Position numbers and translations under genes: made by a program. From contig JAJYLT010000007.1 in NCBI GenBank assembly GCA_021787565.1, forward strand, positions 19,227-83,226: a stretch of DNA of 64,000 nucleotides. The letters run 5' to 3'. The notes under the pieces were generated by a model. That model was given only the letters and a program-made list of their open reading frames with translations. It did not search any database and was not told the origin of the DNA. This DNA is from Acidobacteriota bacterium. Lineage in GTDB: Bacteria; Acidobacteriota; UBA4820; DSQY01. Below are positions 57,156-64,000 of the stretch, in pieces. Position 1 is the stretch's first letter. Each line of letters starts with the position of its first letter.

Positions 57156-57480
57156 GGTGGTCTTCTGCGACAAGGAGCTGCCCAACGGCGTGACCACGCT
57201 GGATCTGGCCAAGCGCCTCATCGACTACGGCTTCCACCCGCCCACGGTCTACTTCCCCCTCATCGTCCACGGGGCCCTCATGATCGAGCCCACGGAGACG
57301 GAACCCATGGAGGAGCTGGACCGCTTCGTCGAGGCCGTCCGCGCCATTCTGGAGGAGGCCAGGGACCGTCCCGATCTCGTCAAGTCGGCCCCCCACGCCG
57401 CCTACCGCCGCCGCCTCGACGAGGTCGCCGCGGCGAGAAACCCCAGGCTGACCTACAAGCCGGAGGCCTCGAGGGGGTAG
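57156..57480 (+). pseudogene. Duplicated 3' third-to-quarter fragment of gcvPB (last ~102 codons plus a different tail)
   Basis: 57156-57461 matches 53230-53535 with 4 mismatches; ends KPEASRG* instead of KP*. Confidence 0.93.
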
Positions 57481-57539
57481 CGCCCCGAAACCCTCTCTTC
57501 GCCATCCATGCCGGGGCGGGCCCCACGACCCGCCCTTTC

Positions 57540-57755
57540 TATACAGAGCGGCATAAGTGAAGGCGGATAAGGTGGTGGGGCTTGGGGAGTATGCCGCTCT
57601 GTATTCGCGGGGAAGGCCCCACCCCTTGCGAGTGCGGCCCTGCGGGCCGCGCAAGGGCTGAGCCCTCCCCGCGGGCCCTACCGGGAGAGGCGCAGCGGCG
57701 CCTCCCCCGGACCCCCACCCGCATACAGCGCGCCGGACTTCCGTCGCGCTGTATA
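57540..57755. mobile_element. TATA-bounded double-hairpin MITE-like element
   Basis: TATACAG...CTGTATA ends; inverted repeats 57541-57555/57590-57604 (15 bp perfect) and 57723-57732/57745-57754. Confidence 0.6.
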
Positions 57756-58006
57756 TTCCAGGGACCGCAGCCGCGCGCCCCTTCCGGGCTTCTCACGCCC
57801 CATCGCCGATGGGGGACCCTCGATCGATCAGGCTGTGAATTGAGTATCCGCTCGCGCTTACGCGCTTGACTTTCTTCGCGCGTGCCCCCATCATCAATTG
57901 GGGTAACGTGAGGTGAAGGGACCCATCTTTTGAATTTGTCAACAGGACGTCCTCACCCGAACCGGGGTATGAACGCAAGGCCTATCCGTGGGGCGAGGAG
58001 GGGAAC

Positions 58007-61000
58007 ATGACCCAGGGTGCACTTGATGTCCAAGGCCGGCATTGGCTGTGCGGGGGCGCCGCCCTCGCCCTTCTCCTCCTGGCGGCCATTCCAGCGGGAG
58101 CGCAGAGGGCTAAGACTTCCCACGATTCGCTGGATGATCTCGTGCGCGTGAAATCCGAGATGTGGCTTGTGCCGCAGATAAAGGACGTGGATGCCCTTCG
58201 GGCCGAGGCGAGCCGCGAGGAAACGCAGGCCCTTTCTCCCGTCTTTGAGGAGTGGGACAGGTTCCTGACCGAGCAGGGCGGCGGCTGGAAAATGAGTATG
58301 GACCGGCTTACGGGGCGCCCTGCTCTCCTTTGGGGCAAAGGCATTCCGTGGATCCCCGGGTCGGCGAACTCCATTCGCAGTGAAGAGATGGGACTGCCCC
58401 CCTCCGTGCAAGGGAAGGATGTCCCTGTCGGAAGGGTGGCCGCGGAAGCCGTTGCTTTCATCGACGCTCATCCTGGCCTGTTTGGGGTGAAGAGCGCCGA
58501 TCTCAGGCTCAATGCGGTTGCCTCGGGGCCGATGCAGGACTACCTCTATTATCTGGACTTCGATTGGACCTACCACGGCATTCCCGTGGAGAGGGCGCAC
58601 GTCGTGTTTCGGCTGAACCACGGAAACCTCGTCCAAATGGGAGAGGAGTATATCAGTCCAACCATCGTCTCTCTTGATGCGCGGCCGTATCTCGATTCGG
58701 AAACGGCGTGGCAGATTCTCTGGGGGTACGTGGGCGGGCAGACCCCTGAGGACGAGATCGTCGAGCCGGGGCGACTGCTAATCGTGCCGGTCTCCAATCA
58801 GCCATCGCCGGGGGATCAGGCTCTCACCCTGGGACAGCGCATGGGTTACAGGCTCGTCTACGTGTTGATCTTCCGCCGCCAGGGCGTGCAGGGCACATGG
58901 GAGGCCCGCATCGACGCGCATACCGGGGAGATCCTCGCCTTTCAGGACCGAAACGACTATGGCTCCGTGACGGGTGGCATCTATCCCACTTCCAACCTGG
59001 ACACGGAGGTCGTGCGCCCCCTGGGGTTCATTAACGTCAGCAACGGCACGGCCAAGACCTGTGACGCGGGCGGAAACTACGCCTACACCAGCGGTACGGC
59101 TACCGCGGGCCTGACGGGCAAGTACGTGAAGGTCGTCGACTCGTGCGGAACCTCCTCGCTGAGCACGAGCACCGCGCCGGGCAACCTGGCCTTCGGAACC
59201 TCTACAGGAACCGATTGCACCACGCCCGGCTCCGGGGGAGCCGGAAACACCCACGCGGCGCGGACCACTTACTACCACCTCACTCTCTGGAAAGAGAAGG
59301 CCATGGCGTGGCTGCCCTCCAACACGTGGCTCCAAGGCCAGCTCACCGACAACGTAAACCTGAATAAGACCTGTAACGCTTACTGGAACGGCTCATCAGT
59401 GAATTTCTTCAAGAGCGGAGGAGGTTGCTCCAACACCGGCGAGCTGCCCACGGTCTTCCTCCACGAGGTGGGCCACGGTTTGGACGCCAACGACGGCAGC
59501 CCCTCCTCCACCGTGGGCTCCAGCGAGTCTTACGCCGACATCAACGCCCTTCTGATGACGCACCAGTCCTGCATCGGCGTGAATTTCATCCCTGGCCAGC
59601 AGTGCTCCGGCTACGGCAACCCATGCACGAGTTGCACGGGCATTCGGGACGCCGACTACGCCTTGCACTCCCATTCCACGAGCCCGGCCGTCCCTACCCA
59701 GCTTTCGGGCACCACCGGCTACCATTGTTCGACAAGCACTTCCTACCCTGGCCCCTGCGGCTACGAAGGGCACTGCGAGTCTTACATCATGTCGGAAGTG
59801 GGCTGGGACCTGGCGGCGCGGGACCTGCCGTCCGCAGGGTACGACGCTGCCACGGCATGGTTCATCGCGGACCGCCTCTTCTTTCTCTCGAGACCTACAT
59901 CGGGCGATGCCTATACGTGCGCCACCTTGGCCACCGCCAACGGGTGCGGCACGAGCAACTGGTACTCAACCTATCTTGTAGCCGATGACGACAACGGCAA
60001 CCTGAGCGACGGTACACCGCACGCAGCCGCCATCTACGCCGCCTTCAACAGGCACGCGGTGGCTTGCTCCACGGGCAGCCACGCGAGCTACTCAACGTGT
60101 CCGAGCCTGGGGCAGAGTACCGTCAGCGCCACCATTGCGGACACCTCGGTCACGCTCACCTGGACGCCAGTGACCAACGCGGCCACCTACGACGTGTACC
60201 GCAATGAGAGCAGCGCCGATGCTGGCTACGCAAAAATCGCGACCATCAATGCCCCGAGTACGAGCTTTACCGACACCGCGGTGCAAAACGGAATCACGTA
60301 TTACTACCGGGTGCTGGCCGTGGGTTCCACCAGCGCTTGCTTCGGAGCCATGAGCGCGGCCGTGAATGCCACGCCCCAGCCCTGCACGCCGCCGGGTGCG
60401 CCCTCCATCACGGGCATCACGGACATCGACGCCTGCGCGCAGAGCGGCATCGCGGTGAACTACACGGCGGGCTCTGGGGCCACGAGCCACAATCTCCTGA
60501 AGGACGGCACCGTTGTGGTGACCGGGTATAGCTCCGGCGCGACGTACAACCCGGGCGATACGGCGAGTCATACCTACGTCGTCCAGGCCGTCAGCGGCGC
60601 CTGCACCACAAACAGCGCCGGTTCGGCCTTCGCCGACGCGAGCGGCGGGCCGGCCGCGCCGGCCGCCCCCACGGTGACCGACCTGGACGCCTGCGCGCTC
60701 ACGGGCGTGCAGATCTCCTGGGGCGCCGTTACCGGCGCCACGGGCTACGACCTTCAAGTGGACGGGGGCACCATCGTGAGCGGCGTGACGAGCCCCTACA
60801 CCTACAGCCCCGGCGACGCCTCTTCTCATGCCTACGCCGTTCGGGCCAAGACGGCGAGCTGCACGGGGGCCTGGTCGGCCTCTGCCACGGGGACCGACAG
60901 CAACGGCCTAGCGGCGCCGGCGGCGCCGGCGGTGGCCGACGCCAACCCCTGCGCCTCCTCGGGTGTCACGATCACATGGACCGCCGTGCCCAGCGCGGCC

Positions 61001-63673
61001 TCGTACGATCTCCAGGTGGACGGCGGCGCCATCGTGACGGGAGTGAGCAGCCCCTACCTGTATGCGCCGGGGGACGCCAACAGCCATGGCTACGCGGTTC
61101 GGGCCACGAACGGGAGCTGCACGGGGGCCTGGTCCGCCTCGTCTTCCGGGGCCGATGCCAACGCCACGCCGCCGGCGCCCGCTGCGCCGACCTTTGCGAA
61201 CGTCACATCCACCTCCCTTTCCGTGAACTGGTCCGCCGTTCCCGGCGCCAGCGCCTACGATCTCTACCGCCAGACGGGTGGCTGCGGCGCGGGGGCCGTG
61301 ATCGCACCGGGGCTTACGGGTACCACCTACAACGATTCCGGCCTCGCGGGCGGAACGACCTACGGCTACTACCTGGTCGCCAAGGCGGGAAGCTGCGCCT
61401 CCGCCAGCGGCACCTGCGCCACCGTGACCACCGTGACCCCGCCCTGCACGACCCCGCCGACCTTCGGGGGGCTCACCTCGGTCACGGCCGTTTCGGGAAC
61501 CACGTGCTCGCTCCAGCTCGCGTGGAGCGCGGGGACCTCCAACTGCGGCGGAACGGTGACGTACAACGTATACAGGGACGTAGGCTCCGCGCCCGTGCCA
61601 CCAGCGGGGCTGATTCAATCGGGCCTGACGGGAACGTCCTATACAGACACCAGCCTCACGAGTGGCACGACGTACACCTACATCGTCCAGGCCATGGACA
61701 GCGTGAACGGCCTGAGCGACGGCAACACCATCGCCAAGAGCGGTACGCCCGGGGCGCCGAGCACTTCGACGCTCTTCAGCAACGGCATCGACAACGGCTG
61801 GTCTTCAACACAGGTCACCGGCACGACGGGGGCCTGGACGCTCAACACCGCCGGGACCAATCCCACCGCGTCCCCTCACGGCGGCACGTGGATGGTCACG
61901 TTCAATTCCTACACCGCCACGAGCGGCAACCAGACCCGGCTGTACTACGCTCCGGCCGCCTTTGCCATCCCGGCCTCCGCCTCCTCCGCGACCCTGAGCT
62001 TCTGGATGTACCACGACAAGGGGTACTCGGCCAGGAACGACAACATTCAGGCGCAGGTCTCGACGAATGGAACCACGTGGAACAACGCGGGCTCGGCCGT
62101 CTCCCGCTACAGCGCCACGAACGGCTGGACGCAGACCACGATTGACGTGAGCTCCTACAAGGGTTCGAGCATCTACCTGGGTTTCCTAGCCACGGGCCGG
62201 AACGGCAACAACATGTACCTCGACGACGTGGCCCTCACGTACAACGGGAGCACGAGCCTGGACTCCGATGGCTTCGAGGTCGACTGGTACATCAGTCAGG
62301 TAACGGGAACTACGGGCACTTGGTACATTGCCGGCTCCGGTACGAATCCGGCGGCGGCGTCCCACGCAGGCATCGCCATGGCGGAGTTCAACTCCTACAC
62401 CGCCAACGCCGGCGATCAGACCCGCCTGATCTGGGCTCCGGGCGGCACCTTGGCCGGTTTCGCCATTCCGGCCTCCTCGTCCTCCGCGACGCTCACTTTC
62501 TGGATGTACCACGATACGCAGTACACGAACGGCGACACAATTCAAGCCCAACTCTCCACGGATGGCGGAACCACGTGGAGCAATGCAGGCCCGCTAGTCA
62601 ATCGCTATGACGGGACGAGCGGGTGGGCCCAGGTGAGCGCCGACGTGACCTCTTACGCGGGTTCCACTGTCTACATCGGCTTCCTCGGCACGAGTGCCTA
62701 CGGGAACGACATGTACCTGGACGACGTGCTCCTCACCGCCACGGTCCCCGGTTCCTGCACCTCGTGCTCGGCGCCCTCGTCGCTCACGAACAACACGGCG
62801 GCGGACGTGAGCGCCTGTGCGGCGAGCGGGGTGCTGGTGAGCTGGGCTCAGGATGCGGGCGCCTGGGGGGACGGCGGCGGCACGCGGAGCTATGACTTGA
62901 TGATGGACGGCGCGCCGGTGCAGTCCGGGATCGCCTACCCGTCCGCCTCCACGACCTACACGCCGCCCGACGGCGCCTCGCACACCTACGCGGTTCGCTA
63001 CAACAACGCGTGCGGACTGAGCGCGACCACCGCGGGAGCCTCGGCTGCGGACGTGAACAACCCCGCCATACCGACCATCACGGGCGGCTCTTCCAACACG
63101 TGCCCGGCCACGTCTGTGGTCCTCACCACCGAGGCCGGCATGAACGGCTACCAGTGGTACCTGGGCGGAAGCCCCATCGGCGGGGCCGCTTCCAACACTT
63201 ACACCGCTGCCGCGTCGGGGAGCTATACCGTGAGCTACACGAACGGCTCCGGGTGTTCGGGAACCTCCGCGCCTCTTGCGGTCACCATCACCGCCTGCGC
63301 GGCGCCGGAGGTTTCGCCCTCGTCCGATCCGGCGAAACACCTCGCCGTGGTGAAAGACGGGAGCAACGTGGACATCCAGTTCCAGGACGTGAGCGCGGCC
63401 CACTACAACGTGTACGTTTCAACGAGCCCCGTCACCCAACCCTTCGCCGTGACTTCCTCCGCCACCGGCAAGAAGGACTGCGGCGTGGCCACCACCTCGA
63501 TCGCGGGGGGGATGCGGCAGGTCACGGGCTACGCGGCCGAGTCGGGTATCACGACTCCCGCCACGGTCTACTACATCCTCGTGACGGCCGACAACGGGGC
63601 CGCCACGGAGGGACCGCTGGGGAACGACTCGGCGGGTACCGCCCGGACCGCTGACGGCTATTGCAATCACTAG
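58007..63673 (+). CDS. Giant secreted zinc metalloprotease (M4/M36-like gluzincin) with propeptide, FN3-like repeats and two MAM/adhesin-like domains
   Basis: Signal peptide, PepSY-like IDAHTGEIL, CNAYWNG, FLHEVGHG..SESYAD, DDDNGNLSDGTPH, FN3 YYYRV, LSFWMY..YLDDV twice. Confidence 0.87.
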   Translation: MTQGALDVQGRHWLCGGAALALLLLAAIPAGAQRAKTSHDSLDDLVRVKSEMWLVPQIKDVDALRAEASREETQALSPVFEEWDRFLTEQGGGWKMSMDRLTGRPALLWGKGIPWIPGSANSIRSEEMGLPPSVQGKDVPVGRVAAEAVAFIDAHPGLFGVKSADLRLNAVASGPMQDYLYYLDFDWTYHGIPVERAHVVFRLNHGNLVQMGEEYISPTIVSLDARPYLDSETAWQILWGYVGGQTPEDEIVEPGRLLIVPVSNQPSPGDQALTLGQRMGYRLVYVLIFRRQGVQGTWEARIDAHTGEILAFQDRNDYGSVTGGIYPTSNLDTEVVRPLGFINVSNGTAKTCDAGGNYAYTSGTATAGLTGKYVKVVDSCGTSSLSTSTAPGNLAFGTSTGTDCTTPGSGGAGNTHAARTTYYHLTLWKEKAMAWLPSNTWLQGQLTDNVNLNKTCNAYWNGSSVNFFKSGGGCSNTGELPTVFLHEVGHGLDANDGSPSSTVGSSESYADINALLMTHQSCIGVNFIPGQQCSGYGNPCTSCTGIRDADYALHSHSTSPAVPTQLSGTTGYHCSTSTSYPGPCGYEGHCESYIMSEVGWDLAARDLPSAGYDAATAWFIADRLFFLSRPTSGDAYTCATLATANGCGTSNWYSTYLVADDDNGNLSDGTPHAAAIYAAFNRHAVACSTGSHASYSTCPSLGQSTVSATIADTSVTLTWTPVTNAATYDVYRNESSADAGYAKIATINAPSTSFTDTAVQNGITYYYRVLAVGSTSACFGAMSAAVNATPQPCTPPGAPSITGITDIDACAQSGIAVNYTAGSGATSHNLLKDGTVVVTGYSSGATYNPGDTASHTYVVQAVSGACTTNSAGSAFADASGGPAAPAAPTVTDLDACALTGVQISWGAVTGATGYDLQVDGGTIVSGVTSPYTYSPGDASSHAYAVRAKTASCTGAWSASATGTDSNGLAAPAAPAVADANPCASSGVTITWTAVPSAASYDLQVDGGAIVTGVSSPYLYAPGDANSHGYAVRATNGSCTGAWSASSSGADANATPPAPAAPTFANVTSTSLSVNWSAVPGASAYDLYRQTGGCGAGAVIAPGLTGTTYNDSGLAGGTTYGYYLVAKAGSCASASGTCATVTTVTPPCTTPPTFGGLTSVTAVSGTTCSLQLAWSAGTSNCGGTVTYNVYRDVGSAPVPPAGLIQSGLTGTSYTDTSLTSGTTYTYIVQAMDSVNGLSDGNTIAKSGTPGAPSTSTLFSNGIDNGWSSTQVTGTTGAWTLNTAGTNPTASPHGGTWMVTFNSYTATSGNQTRLYYAPAAFAIPASASSATLSFWMYHDKGYSARNDNIQAQVSTNGTTWNNAGSAVSRYSATNGWTQTTIDVSSYKGSSIYLGFLATGRNGNNMYLDDVALTYNGSTSLDSDGFEVDWYISQVTGTTGTWYIAGSGTNPAAASHAGIAMAEFNSYTANAGDQTRLIWAPGGTLAGFAIPASSSSATLTFWMYHDTQYTNGDTIQAQLSTDGGTTWSNAGPLVNRYDGTSGWAQVSADVTSYAGSTVYIGFLGTSAYGNDMYLDDVLLTATVPGSCTSCSAPSSLTNNTAADVSACAASGVLVSWAQDAGAWGDGGGTRSYDLMMDGAPVQSGIAYPSASTTYTPPDGASHTYAVRYNNACGLSATTAGASAADVNNPAIPTITGGSSNTCPATSVVLTTEAGMNGYQWYLGGSPIGGAASNTYTAAASGSYTVSYTNGSGCSGTSAPLAVTITACAAPEVSPSSDPAKHLAVVKDGSNVDIQFQDVSAAHYNVYVSTSPVTQPFAVTSSATGKKDCGVATTSIAGGMRQVTGYAAESGITTPATVYYILVTADNGAATEGPLGNDSAGTARTADGYCNH

Positions 63674-63701
63674 GGCCACGAGCACAGCACGGCATGACCA
63701 T

Positions 63702-63734
63702 GCGAGGGCGGGCTTTGACCCGCCCTCGCTTTTC
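63702..63734 (+). terminator. Intrinsic terminator
   Basis: GCGAGGGCGGG-CTTTGA-CCCGCCCTCGC then TTTT. Confidence 0.8.
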
Positions 63735-63774
63735 CCGTGGCACCGAATTCTTTGCCGCCCGCCTCTTGGCGGTA

Positions 63775-64000
63775 TCACCCGGGCGGCGGGAAGCCGGCGC
63801 CGAGGCGGTCGCGGAGGAAGTCGGCGAGGGCGGCGGTATCCCGTGATTGGATGACCGCCACGATCCCATCCGCGTAAAGTCCCGCGAGGGACTTCTGGAT
63901 GCGGGTGCTGTCCCACCCCTCAGAAAGCATGGCGTCTCTCAAGCGTCCCATGAGGTCGAGCGCCTCCCCGTAAATGTCGCCGTACCGCCCCTCCAGCTCT
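63775..64000 (-). CDS. 3' end of a gene entering from the right, possibly precorrin-2 dehydrogenase / siroheme synthase N-part-like
   Basis: Open frame ELEGRYGDIYGEALDLMGRLRDAML...FPPPG*; the family guess rests on weak resemblance only. Confidence 0.45.
   Translation of the reverse strand, partial: ELEGRYGDIYGEALDLMGRLRDAMLSEGWDSTRIQKSLAGLYADGIVAVIQSRDTAALADFLRDRLGAGFPPPG

Noticed and set aside
53230-57461. Diversity-generating retroelement template/variable repeat pair
   Set aside because: No reverse transcriptase; three of the four mismatches are synonymous changes at non-adenine positions.
57147-57560. 137 aa ORF starting at ATG 57147
   Set aside because: An out-of-frame read of the duplicated gcvPB tail.

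Overview
High-GC bacterial chromosomal window; the gene content and style suggest Acidobacteriota (inference only). It is mostly housekeeping: a partial LysM-like/Amidase_3 gene, epmA, a lptC/A-lptB-rpoN-hpf-hprK-rapZ-EIIA-HPr-ptsI operon, tRNA-Asn, larA-like, an ECF sigma/anti-sigma pair, purF, a 2-oxoacid dehydrogenase operon with a lipoate ligase, acyl-CoA dehydrogenase, Slt, MFS, asnB, plsC-cinA-mqnA-mqnC and gcvT-H-PA-PB. The less ordinary content is: (1) an archaeal-type, AsnRS-derived asparagine synthetase divergent from an AsnC regulator next to tRNA-Asn; (2) a 3.9 kb segment carrying a large secreted protein, bounded by a 306 bp duplication of the gcvPB 3' end with no integrase in view; (3) a pseudokinase-TM-TonB fusion and a catalytically dead papain-like surface protein; (4) a C-terminal motif shared by two giant secreted proteins; (5) a dense set of intergenic non-autonomous elements: three 143 bp GTAG-REP doublets, CTAG- and TATA-bounded double-hairpin elements, a MITE with a 10 bp direct repeat, and 7/8-mer tandem arrays that repeatedly sit beside REPs. 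All calls come from reading motifs by eye; no database searches were run.
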